NCBI GenBank assembly: GCA_964559215.1
Contig: CAZLFZ010000003.1
Location: forward strand, 18,779 to 82,778
Length of the DNA: 64,000 bases
DNA from: an uncultured archaeon
GTDB taxonomy: Archaea; Aenigmatarchaeota; Aenigmatarchaeia; QMZP01; JAFGSV01
Reading direction: 5' to 3'
Made by a program: the position numbers and the translations under genes. Positions 36,666-45,900 of the stretch are shown here, in pieces (position 1 is the first letter of the stretch; the number at the start of each line of letters is the position of its first letter). The notes beneath the pieces are model-generated. The model was not told the origin of the DNA. It worked only from the letters and a program-made list of their open reading frames with translations, and searched no databases.

Positions 36666-37474
36666 AGGGTAAGGCTGTTTGGCTCGTCTACAGGAAGCTG
36701 AGGCCGGCATTCGGGATATCTTTCGCCTTCATACTCCTGTCGGGAGTGTTCTTGGGAGTCATGAATTTCAAGGTCATCATGGCTGCACTGGGGTTCCTTT
36801 TCATAGAGCTTTTCGCGGCTTTCTACAACGACTACTGGGATTTTTCCGATGACATAAAGAACGAGAGAAAGGACAAATTCACGACCCTTGGCCTCATGAG
36901 CACGAGGTCGTGCCTGTACCTGTCCCTCATCCTGGCATGCCTGTCCTTGATCTTCCTTATGTTCACAGACACATCTTTCCTGATGATTGGTATACCGTAC
37001 CTAGCGCTTGGGTTCCTCTATTCCCACAAGAGGGTCAGGCTGAAGGGGACGATCACCGGTTATGCTATCCTCTCATCCCCCTTCTTTATCCTCCCGCTAC
37101 TCATCGCGGGTGCAAATGGCATTCCGCTGACGAGAGCCATGCCCATATCCACCTTCCTCTTCTTCCAGTACATGTACATACTCTGCCAAAAGGATTCGAC
37201 AGACATGAGGGACAAGAAGAATGTCTTCATGGTCTATGGCTGGAAGAGAACGAGTATGTCTGTAACCCTTTTCAGTATCTCGGCTTCTATTTCGTTGTTC
37301 ATCATTTCTTTATCGTTTCCCCCATTGATGCTGATATGGTTATTCAATACGGCACTGAAGTCACTCAACATAAAAGACATAGCAAAGGGCACCGTAACGA
37401 GAGGAAGGCGGGGCAGAATCATTCTGCTCGACTATACCACAGAATACCTTTATATCTTAGGTGGATTACTGTGA
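36662..37474 (+). CDS. UbiA-family prenyltransferase (ATGA overlap with the upstream stop)
   Basis: NDYWDFSDDIKNERKD (NDxxDxxxD motif); about 8 TM helices. Start moved to the ATG at 36662 (MKGKAVWLVYRKL) overlapping the TGA at 36663-65. Confidence 0.8.
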   Translation: MKGKAVWLVYRKLRPAFGISFAFILLSGVFLGVMNFKVIMAALGFLFIELFAAFYNDYWDFSDDIKNERKDKFTTLGLMSTRSCLYLSLILACLSLIFLMFTDTSFLMIGIPYLALGFLYSHKRVRLKGTITGYAILSSPFFILPLLIAGANGIPLTRAMPISTFLFFQYMYILCQKDSTDMRDKKNVFMVYGWKRTSMSVTLFSISASISLFIISLSFPPLMLIWLFNTALKSLNIKDIAKGTVTRGRRGRIILLDYTTEYLYILGGLL

Positions 37475-38235
37475 TTAACGAAATGCTGGATTTCATCAGA
37501 TTCAGGATATGCCTCACTATCTTTTTCACCTCCGCATCCGGATACCTTTTGTTCAATCCGGTGGGCTTGAATTTGCTCATTGCTGCCTTGAGCTCTTTTT
37601 TTGTTTTCTCGGGAGGATATGCATACAATAACATATTTGACAGGAAGGAGGACATCATAAACAGAGGGAGAATAAACCCTTTCGTCAAAAGCGGGAAGAG
37701 CTACCCCATAGTGTTTCTTTGCTTCGCCGCTGGGTTCCTGCTTTCCCTGCTTTTGCCCCCACATTCCATTCCTTTCTTCATTCTGATGTTAGGAGCAAAC
37801 ATTTTCTATTCGTTACTCAGAATCAAAAGATACACCCTTTTGAAAAATTTGTACACAGGTTTCGGCATATCACTAGCCTTCCTCTTCGGTGCCATAACGG
37901 GTTTTGAGCTCAACGTTGAGGTCATGGCATATTATTTTCTGATGTCGCTCCTGATTTTCATTGGAAGTGTGATCTCGGACCTGAGGGACTACGATGGCGA
38001 TGAAAAGGCAGGCATAAATACGATTCCCGTGACCTTTGGTTTCCACAAGACAAAAAATATGGTATACATACTCCTTGCACTGCTTTCCTTCCTGGTCGTA
38101 TTCTTCCACAGGGTTATTGTCCTGCTTCCATTCGTGTTCGCAACATTCATTTATCTATATAAAAACAAGATCTCATTTGCACACTCGTTCGGAGGGCTCT
38201 CCTTGATAGCTTTGAGCATATGGTTATTGCTGTAA
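37471..38235 (+). CDS. second UbiA-family prenyltransferase (GTGA overlap; alternative ATG at 37483)
   Basis: YNNIFDRKEDIINRGRINP and DLRDYDGDEKAGINTIP Asp-rich motifs; polytopic membrane protein. The track ORF 36910-38235 has an unrealistically early start in this frame. Confidence 0.8.
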   Translation: MINEMLDFIRFRICLTIFFTSASGYLLFNPVGLNLLIAALSSFFVFSGGYAYNNIFDRKEDIINRGRINPFVKSGKSYPIVFLCFAAGFLLSLLLPPHSIPFFILMLGANIFYSLLRIKRYTLLKNLYTGFGISLAFLFGAITGFELNVEVMAYYFLMSLLIFIGSVISDLRDYDGDEKAGINTIPVTFGFHKTKNMVYILLALLSFLVVFFHRVIVLLPFVFATFIYLYKNKISFAHSFGGLSLIALSIWLLL

Positions 38236-38278
38236 AGCTGAATTCATATTTTGTTGATGGTTCGTCATCGGAGAATCT

Positions 38279-39289
38279 CTACCGTGAGAAGACTATCTCG
38301 AGGTTCCTGTACGACTCCTTTACGTTCGATATTTTCAGTTTGTTGTCTATTAACCACAGATACCCCAAGATAACATTTATCAGGAAAGTCCAATCATCCT
38401 TTTCCCTTTGCAATCCGTAAGGTGGGTTGTAAATACTGAATGTTATCTTGCTGCTCAGCTTTATTTTTATGGTCCCCCAACCAGTAGAGTGTAGAACGTT
38501 TTTCAGCAAATTCAGCTTTTTGTCATCTGTCGTATCCTTATCTACTATCTCTCTGAAAAATTCATGTGAAAGGAAAGGGACACTATCCAACAGGACACTC
38601 TCGGCTGAAAAGAGATGAAAAAGAGTGTTTTCTATAGGAATGAGGGATTTCCCTCGGAAATACATCCTGTTGTTTTGTTTCAACTGAATGATTCCGGCCT
38701 TAAGAGCCTTTTTGAGGGTAACCCCACCCCCACTCTTAAATTGGTTCAATCTTATGTAAAGGTCCTTGTCTTTGGATTCCATGTCTTCGAAAGGACTTTC
38801 CCCCAACGAAAATACATAAGTGCATTTCTCCTTTTTTTGAGCGGCTTCAATACGCTTGAATTCCAAGTTGAAATAAAGCCTCAGAAAAGCGCCCCACCCA
38901 CCTACTGAGAACCTGTTTTTACCTATAACCCTCGTGATGTACTCATTTCTCGTTTCTATTTTGATGTTATTCTCTTTCTTTTCCACTTTGAGATTATCCA
39001 TCAGCCCTATGTTCGTCCAGATCTTTTTCCCGATCTGATTAAATAAGAAACCCAAGGGCAATTTATTGAAAGTATGAGGAAGGAAGCACTTCGCTGTCAG
39101 ATACATCCATTTGTTACCGACCCTTTCAGTCATCTCTTCTTGACCAGCCTTTTCACATTCCAATATGTATTTGGCTAAGATGTCCTCGAAGAACAGAATA
39201 TCTCTCCTGCTTTTCACCTTGAACTTGTTTATAATACCCCCGACTACGGTCTCCATAATACCCCTTCTCAAAGATTCCGACAGCCTCAT
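38279..39289 (-). CDS. hypothetical protein, possibly V4R (4-vinyl-reductase-like) domain containing
   Basis: C-terminal ..STGWGTIKIKLSSKITFSIYNPPYG...FLINVILGYL resembles the V4R pattern G.G.l.......i.f.v.n......C.f..G.l.G; weak. Confidence 0.55.
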   Translation of the reverse strand: MRLSESLRRGIMETVVGGIINKFKVKSRRDILFFEDILAKYILECEKAGQEEMTERVGNKWMYLTAKCFLPHTFNKLPLGFLFNQIGKKIWTNIGLMDNLKVEKKENNIKIETRNEYITRVIGKNRFSVGGWGAFLRLYFNLEFKRIEAAQKKEKCTYVFSLGESPFEDMESKDKDLYIRLNQFKSGGGVTLKKALKAGIIQLKQNNRMYFRGKSLIPIENTLFHLFSAESVLLDSVPFLSHEFFREIVDKDTTDDKKLNLLKNVLHSTGWGTIKIKLSSKITFSIYNPPYGLQREKDDWTFLINVILGYLWLIDNKLKISNVKESYRNLEIVFSR

Positions 39290-39325
39290 GTTTAACTTTT
39301 TTATCCAGATGTTTAAATTTTATAT

Positions 39326-40453
39326 GTGAATAGGTACTTTTTCAGCAAGGCTGTAGAAAAAATCCAGTTCTCCAAGGCGACTGGTTATTTTGGAAAGGTT
39401 CACAGAGATATTGTGGATTTTTCCTTAGGAGAACCAAAAGACAGGCCTCCAGATTCAGTGATAAGAACATACGTGGAATCCTTGCAAGACGGGAGTAACA
39501 GATACGCCCCTGTTCAGGGATTAACAGAACTGAGGGAAAAGGTTGCGGAAAAGCTCAAAGAGCAAAATAAAATCGATGCAAATCCCGAAGAGATTTTTAT
39601 AAGTGTTGGGGCCACCGAGGGTATAGCTTTCTCAATCATGTCTTTGATAAACAAATCTGATGAAGTGATAATAATGGAACCGAGCTATCCCATAATAGCC
39701 CCTATGGTAAGTTTCTGTGGAGGAAAACCCATCAGCCTTTTCCTAAAAGATGAAAACAGCTTTTGCCCGGACCTTGAAAAACTAAAGGAAATGGTCAACA
39801 ATCGCACGAAAATGGTGGTGCTAAACACACCTCATAACCCGACAGGTTATGTGTTTGATAAAAAATATCTAAAAGCGATATCCGAGATATTCGGGGGGCT
39901 GATACTTATGGACGAGGTTTACGAGAATTTCGTTTATGGAGCGGAACACCGTTCGCTAGCTTCCCTTGCGGATATACCTGAAAACATCATTACAGCCAAC
40001 TCGTTCTCAAAGACCTATTGCATGTGTGGCTACAGGGTTGGCTATCTGCACGCAAGAAAGGATATAATAAAGCAGTTACTAAAGCTTAAACTTTGCATAT
40101 CGACCTGTACCAGCAACCCTGCCCAGCGGGCTGCCATAGCCGCACTGGAAGATAAGGATTTCCCTAAAATGATAAGGAAAAAGTTCGAGCTAAGGAGAAA
40201 CCTGATGGTGAGGGGACTCAAAGCACTCAAGATGCCGCTAGTTGAGCCAAAGGGCGCATTTTACGTCTTCCCTGATATAACAGAATTCGGCAGCGATGAG
40301 GAGGCTTTCGATCTTTTCCTAAAAGCAGGTGTTCTAACAATGCCAGGAAGCGTGTTCCACAGCAACTGTAACAAATATGTGAGATTCAGCTTTGTCAGCG
40401 ACGTGAACGAAATCATGAATGGGATCGAAAGGCTTGAAGGTGTTTTGGCATAG
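39326..40453 (+). CDS. class I/II pyridoxal-phosphate aminotransferase (aspartate-aminotransferase family)
   Basis: NTPHNPTG, SFSKTYCMCGYRVGY (PLP-Lys), ..GAFYVFPD..; 375 aa. Confidence 0.85.
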   Translation: MNRYFFSKAVEKIQFSKATGYFGKVHRDIVDFSLGEPKDRPPDSVIRTYVESLQDGSNRYAPVQGLTELREKVAEKLKEQNKIDANPEEIFISVGATEGIAFSIMSLINKSDEVIIMEPSYPIIAPMVSFCGGKPISLFLKDENSFCPDLEKLKEMVNNRTKMVVLNTPHNPTGYVFDKKYLKAISEIFGGLILMDEVYENFVYGAEHRSLASLADIPENIITANSFSKTYCMCGYRVGYLHARKDIIKQLLKLKLCISTCTSNPAQRAAIAALEDKDFPKMIRKKFELRRNLMVRGLKALKMPLVEPKGAFYVFPDITEFGSDEEAFDLFLKAGVLTMPGSVFHSNCNKYVRFSFVSDVNEIMNGIERLEGVLA

Positions 40454-40622
40454 GAAAGAAAATTTGTAAGATAGATAGACTTAAAAAATTCAGTCCCTTT
40501 TTACTAAAGTGTTATGAAATCGGACACTTTGCTGATGAAGAAAATGATAGCTAAATTGAGCAGTATAGAGAAGGAAATAATAACAAACAAAAAAATCGAC
40601 GGTCTGCAGAAGATGTTGAAGC

Positions 40623-41297
40623 CTAGATGACCTTGGTTTCTGTAAGTCTTATGTATTTGTTATCTATTAAAAGCTCGTGGGGCAGCTTGGCATCGAAATT
40701 TGTGTATCTCATCTTATGCACTACCAAGGCCCGCATGGGCTTCTCCTCGAGCTCCAGGAATATCAACTGCATCACGCCATCACATTCAAATGATTCATGA
40801 CCGCTTGAATCCAACTTTTCATCAGAGTCTGTTTCGCACAAAAGCAGCGAGGATTTTGCGTTTTTCAGGCTGTTGATAAGCTCTATGAAGTAGGCCCTGT
40901 AAGATTTCTTGCTCTCAGAGAACATCAGCAGCTTGTTGACATTATCTATCACTATTCTGTCTATTTTTGGGTAGCTCGAGATAATGTCTATAAACCTCTT
41001 CATGGACAAATTGCTCTGAGCCATTGGTATGTATTCTATGGCCAGGTTTTTCCCCATGTATTTTTTCACACTGTTCAGGGATTTTACGGACTCGCATGCC
41101 TTGATTAACTCCTCTTTGTTTTCATTTAGCGTTATGTAACAACATTTCTCACCTTTTTTGGAACCCTCTAGCATAAATTTTAGACCCAGCAGCGTTTTTC
41201 CAGTTCCCGGACCTCCGGAAAGCAAAATGACCGACTTTTCTGGGAACCCTCCGGCTAGCATGCTGTCCAGTTTTTTCAGGCCTGTTGTGACTCTCAT
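40623..41297 (-). CDS. single-domain KaiC-like ATPase (start at internal ATG with GAGGAGGA SD; track ORF extends to a TTG at 41327)
   Basis: GLKKLDSMLAGGFP, Walker A GGPGTGKTLL, ..IVIDNVNK.. Confidence 0.85.
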   Translation of the reverse strand: MRVTTGLKKLDSMLAGGFPEKSVILLSGGPGTGKTLLGLKFMLEGSKKGEKCCYITLNENKEELIKACESVKSLNSVKKYMGKNLAIEYIPMAQSNLSMKRFIDIISSYPKIDRIVIDNVNKLLMFSESKKSYRAYFIELINSLKNAKSSLLLCETDSDEKLDSSGHESFECDGVMQLIFLELEEKPMRALVVHKMRYTNFDAKLPHELLIDNKYIRLTETKVI

Positions 41298-41298
41298 A

Positions 41299-41628
41299 TC
41301 AATCCTCCTCAAATTTTGGTATACCAAGCCTGGAGCTTTTTATTTTTATCAGCAGGAATGCGTCACCGTCCAAGGCAAAGATGTTTGATGGCACTTTCTT
41401 TTCCATCATTTCAATGCCGAATTTTCCCAGTATCTTTTTTGGCAACATTATCCTGTTGCTGTTGCCTAATTTCCCTGTTGTGAGGCTGTAAGTGAGCGAG
41501 TCTTTCCCGCAAGGCAGGAGAAGAATGTCAGTCACGTGATCTTTCAGAATTTTATATTCAGCCATGTTGATGGAAAGCTTTATTTCAATCCCACCGTCAT
41601 GCATATTAATGCCTTTTATCTCGGCCAT
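41299..41628 (-). CDS. small protein with C-terminal AbrB/SpoVT/MazE-like swapped-hairpin motif, immediately upstream of the KaiC gene
   Basis: ..GNSNRIMLPKKILGKFGIEMMEKKVPSNIFALDGDAFLLIKI resembles the AbrB-N consensus (GRivIPkeiRkkLgi..gd.v.i...d..i.L.k). Its stop lies 1 nt before the KaiC ATG. Confidence 0.55.
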   Translation of the reverse strand: MAEIKGINMHDGGIEIKLSINMAEYKILKDHVTDILLLPCGKDSLTYSLTTGKLGNSNRIMLPKKILGKFGIEMMEKKVPSNIFALDGDAFLLIKIKSSRLGIPKFEED

Positions 41629-41727
41629 AGTAGATTAAAACACCCAAAAGATTTAAACTTTTCTGTTTTTTGTATATTTTTTCGATTTAAATAAAAATCT
41701 TTTTAATCCCAAAACGAATTATTATTC

Positions 41728-42585
41728 ATGCTAAAAACAATAAAGGGGGGGGAGGTGCAGGAATTAAAACCCGAAAACGAAAGGGCGCCAGCACAGAAAA
41801 AAAGGACCGCTAATAAAAAAAAGGTACCAGAAGCGAAACTTCAGCAAAAAACAGATCAGCACGAGTTCATAAAAACAGGCATACCGGGCCTCGACGCCCT
41901 CTTTGAACACGGGATACCAAAAAAATCTAGCGTGCTTATTGCTGGCGGTGCCGGTTCCGGCAAGACCCTGCTCTGCTTGCAGATTATGGTCAATGCTGCC
42001 AAGGCCGGCAAGAAATGCATGTACATGTCCTTTGAGGAGTCCGCCGCCAGGCTGAAAAACCACATGGAAGAATTTGGCTGGATTTTAGGGAAATATGAAA
42101 AGAACGTTGTTATAGAGAGGTTCAACCTGTTCGACATTACCAGAGTCATAGATGCGCTGCTTGCGAAGCAATCAGGGGATTTGCTTATAGATGTTAAGCC
42201 TGTCCTATTCCCGGAAAATTTCAAGCCGGATATTATAGTTATTGATTCTCTGACAGCCATAGCTTCCGCTTTTAGCAAAAGAGAAGAAACCTACCGGATA
42301 TATATAGAACAGCTTTTCAATTATTTCGAAGAGTTGGGGGTTAGTACATTCCTTATATCAGAGACTGAGCAGGAGCCTAGAATATTCAGTCCAACGGGGG
42401 TAGAAGAGTTCCTCGCTGATGGGGTCATTATTCTTTACAGCATAAGAAAAGCAAATGTCAGGGAAAATGGACTTGAAGTACTCAAGATGCGGGGCGCGAA
42501 GCACAAGAAAAAAATCGTGGCCATGCAGATACTTGATAAGATAGGCATAGAGGTTTATCCGGAGCAGGAAGTTTTCGGCGTGTGA
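41728..42585 (+). CDS. single-domain KaiC-like ATPase with Lys-rich N-terminal extension
   Basis: GIPGLDALFEHGIP, Walker A GGAGSGKTLL, ..IVIDSLTA.., C-terminal ..LEVLKMRGAKHKK. Confidence 0.9.
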   Translation: MLKTIKGGEVQELKPENERAPAQKKRTANKKKVPEAKLQQKTDQHEFIKTGIPGLDALFEHGIPKKSSVLIAGGAGSGKTLLCLQIMVNAAKAGKKCMYMSFEESAARLKNHMEEFGWILGKYEKNVVIERFNLFDITRVIDALLAKQSGDLLIDVKPVLFPENFKPDIIVIDSLTAIASAFSKREETYRIYIEQLFNYFEELGVSTFLISETEQEPRIFSPTGVEEFLADGVIILYSIRKANVRENGLEVLKMRGAKHKKKIVAMQILDKIGIEVYPEQEVFGV

Positions 42586-42667
42586 GCTTTCTCTGTGTTA
42601 ACTGTGTTAAAACTGAATGCTAATTTTTATAAATAGCAAATTGTAGAATTTTTTCAGGCAAGAATTT

Positions 42668-42907
42668 TCATAAAACATTCTTTAATTTTATGTACCAACG
42701 TCCTGTCTCGCTTCTCTTGACTTTCCCTGTCAGGGTGTATTTGCCTTTACGTAACTCCTCCATGCTGCTTACCAATATCTGGCCTGTTTGATCTTTAAGC
42801 TTGTACCAGTAAACAACAGCTTCGCCTATTTTTATTTGCTTGAAAAGCTGCATGTTACCTTTTAACACGACCTCTTTTTCAACCATCGGGGTGGCCTTTG
42901 CAAGCAA
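42668..42907 (-). CDS. small hypothetical protein (OB-fold-like pattern), 79 aa
   Basis: ORF only; weak V.LkG.v......D.TGqI.V pattern; no strong signal. Confidence 0.35.
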   Translation of the reverse strand: MLAKATPMVEKEVVLKGNMQLFKQIKIGEAVVYWYKLKDQTGQILVSSMEELRKGKYTLTGKVKRSETGRWYIKLKNVL

Positions 42908-42998
42908 ATCGGAAATTTTTACGATTTTGGGTTTGGTAGGTAGGGTTTCGGCCCCTCTAACGAAACGGGGTGACGCACCTTATAGCCAGGCCCTGTCT

Positions 42999-45900
42999 TT
43001 ACTTTGGGGATCGGTTTGGCTTTATGCGTTTTAGTTGAGGTTTTTTAACTTTAGCCTTGCGTGGTTCACGCCTTTCCTTTTTCACTTTTTCAGGGACTGG
43101 TTTTTCAGCCCGGGGCAACCTGTATTCGCGGTGTTCTTTCTTGAGTATCTTGACTTTTTCAGCTTCCAGCCTCTCCATCGTCCTGCCAAGTTCTTTTTTG
43201 TATTTTTTCATCCGGGTTTCATAGTCTTTTTTGCCCAAGCTTTTCTTGTTGAAATAACCTTCCTGCAAGGTCTTCATCGAGTTTTTTATGTTGTCGACCT
43301 CATTCTCCAAGCTTTTCATCATGCGGGCTTTTTTCACTTTTTTCAGCTTTACGAAAGCAGGAACAGACGCTAAAACAAGCAAAACAACGCAGGCAGATAT
43401 AATCAGCCTGTGTGCATAAATCATTTTACCAAATACATCAACGAGATTCTCTCTTGCAGCCATGGAAAGTGCGGCCTCCCTTTCAATAGAGTCCAACCTG
43501 TCCATCGCCTGGGTCAGCAATGTCTCTGCCTTTTCATAATTTTCTTTAGCAAATTCGTCTACTCCATTGCGGAACAAATTCCTAGACTCAGAGACATCGT
43601 GACCCTCGGAAGAAAGCTCATGCATTCTCAGCTCCACATCGTCTATCATTTCGTCAACTACGATTGCTTTCTGTTTTATCACAAAAACGTACCTTGCTGT
43701 GGTCAAAGCAAGGTCGTACTTCCCGCGTAAAAGCAGCACCTTGGCTTCTCCCAGCGTGTGATTGGCATATTCTGTTCCAAAGCCAAGAGCTTTCATTTCG
43801 TCTATAACTGTTTCGGCCTGAGTCATGGCAGCCGTAGCATCCTCTTCCGTCACGTTTTCCAGGGCTTCCAAAACAGAGGGGAAGACCGCCACACAAGCCA
43901 ACAAAACCAAAAACCAAATCACACCCTTAGATCGTTTTGGTTTTTTAAGCTTGCTTAAATCTCTTTCTATTTCTGCAAGCTCCCCCTGCAGCTCTTTGAT
44001 GGTTTCTTTGTACTCGCTCTTGCTTATTTTTCCAAATTCGAAATAGTCACGTTGCAGGTCTTTCATCCTCTTTCCCACCTCATTCTTCTCCCTGTTAAGG
44101 CTTTCTCTCCTGTCTCTGCCTTTCATCATTGCGATTTTTGTGGCGAGTTTTAGCTCGAGTGAGCCTAGTTTGGCAAGCCTTTTTTCGTAATTCCGTTTCC
44201 TCATGTCATAATCAAGCATTGATATTTTTTTCCTGTTGAAATAATCATCCTGCAAGTCATGTATGAGCTTTTTCAGACTCCTTTTATCCCCCCTTATACT
44301 TTCCAGTTTCATTTCCATTGACCTTATTTTCAACCTTCCTCTGAGAAAAATGGATATTATCGCTGCCGATAAGAGCAAAGTAACAATTGCGTACCAGTAT
44401 TTGTAGAGGAACTTGATCAAGGGCAAGATATATTTGGTCTCAAGCTGGTATGCATTTATCGCTGCCTGGATCCTTTCCTCAGCCCTTTCATAGTCGCCCC
44501 TGTCGAAGGCGGATTTCGCCAAGTCCTGCATCTTTTTTGCTCCCTCAACTCTTACACCGTATCTGGCGGCATCTGCTATCATGTTTGCAGACTGTTTAAT
44601 GAGATCAAATACAATAAAGGCCTTTTCCTTGAGTTCGATTATTTCATTTGCTATTTCCTTGGCTTTGTCGAAATTCAAGCCAGAATAAGCCTTTCTAGCA
44701 TCTTGCAGCATTGAGGCCAGGACAGAAACGCTGAAGTTCATGCCTTTCATGTCTTCCAATGCGATTTCGGCACTCTTTATAGAGCTGAAGCTCACGTTTT
44801 CGACTACACCATGAACCGAAAATACAATCTTGCCAGAACTCAGTAAAGAGCTGTTACCGGCAGCGTAATAGCCAATCGCTGAAAGGGAGATGTCCACTAT
44901 ATAGTCCCTTCCTTCGATATAGGTTGGTGCACTGATTTCCAGGTAAAAGGTTTTGGTTTGATTAGGAGCAATGTACTTAATTGTGCTCGGTATTTTTTTA
45001 ATCAGGGTTTCAGGATAACCGCTTATTTCAAGATTGACTTGTGTGAGGTTTGTGTTTTCTACAGTATTCGTTACTTCTATGGTGAAGTTGTAGAAACCGC
45101 CTTTTAGGAGATCAATCCTATCAGGCATCGCGACATCCATTCTCGGTTCTTTTATGATAACCTCACCAATGCCTACGTATTCAGTCACCCCCCTCCCAAC
45201 GCTTGGTCCTTCGCAGTCAATGTCTGTGAAATAGTTGCAACCCGCTCCACAGACACCATCCGAATTCGAGCAACTAACCTGTACGATATCACAGTCAGAG
45301 CTGCTCAGGTTCCCTTTACCACTGGCATTCACGCATACACTTGATATCCCGCTTAAAGCTGATGAACTTACTGCCACAACCAGATCGCTTGTGTTTGTTG
45401 ACTTGGAAGTGATATTACCAATGTACAGGTTCACGTTTCCGCTGGTGTTTGTCCAACCAACTGGAAGCGTCCAGTTAAACCAGACATCTTCAGCAGTTTC
45501 ATTGCCAATGTTTTTAACAGTGGCACTCAAGTTTACACCTGTTGTGCTCTGCGTCACTGAAACAGGACACGTAACAATGTTTAGATGAGGATAAGGCCCG
45601 CCGCTATAGGAATTCATGGTCACGGTGGTATTCAATGCACTTGGTGTCGCGGTTTTTTCAGGGGCAGAGGGCTCAGCGGACATCGTTATTGTCATATTCT
45701 TTACGCTGTCAGAACTTGCATATTCGGCAGTGACGTTGATGCCTATTACGCTTTTCCCATCTATTGCGAATTGTTCCGTTGTGTTATAGTAAACATCTAG
45801 CAAAGGCCGCCAGTCGTCCGTTAGGGTGATTATGAGAGTGTCGTCTCCGGTATTGTTTACGGTTATAATCCCTACGTTGCTTATACTATTCACAAGCCCG

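Noticed and set aside
36910-38235. 441-aa ORF as given in the track
   Set aside because: Its first 187 codons run through the upstream UbiA gene in another frame (Pro/His-rich nonsense). The real gene starts at GTG 37471 or ATG 37483, right after the upstream stop.
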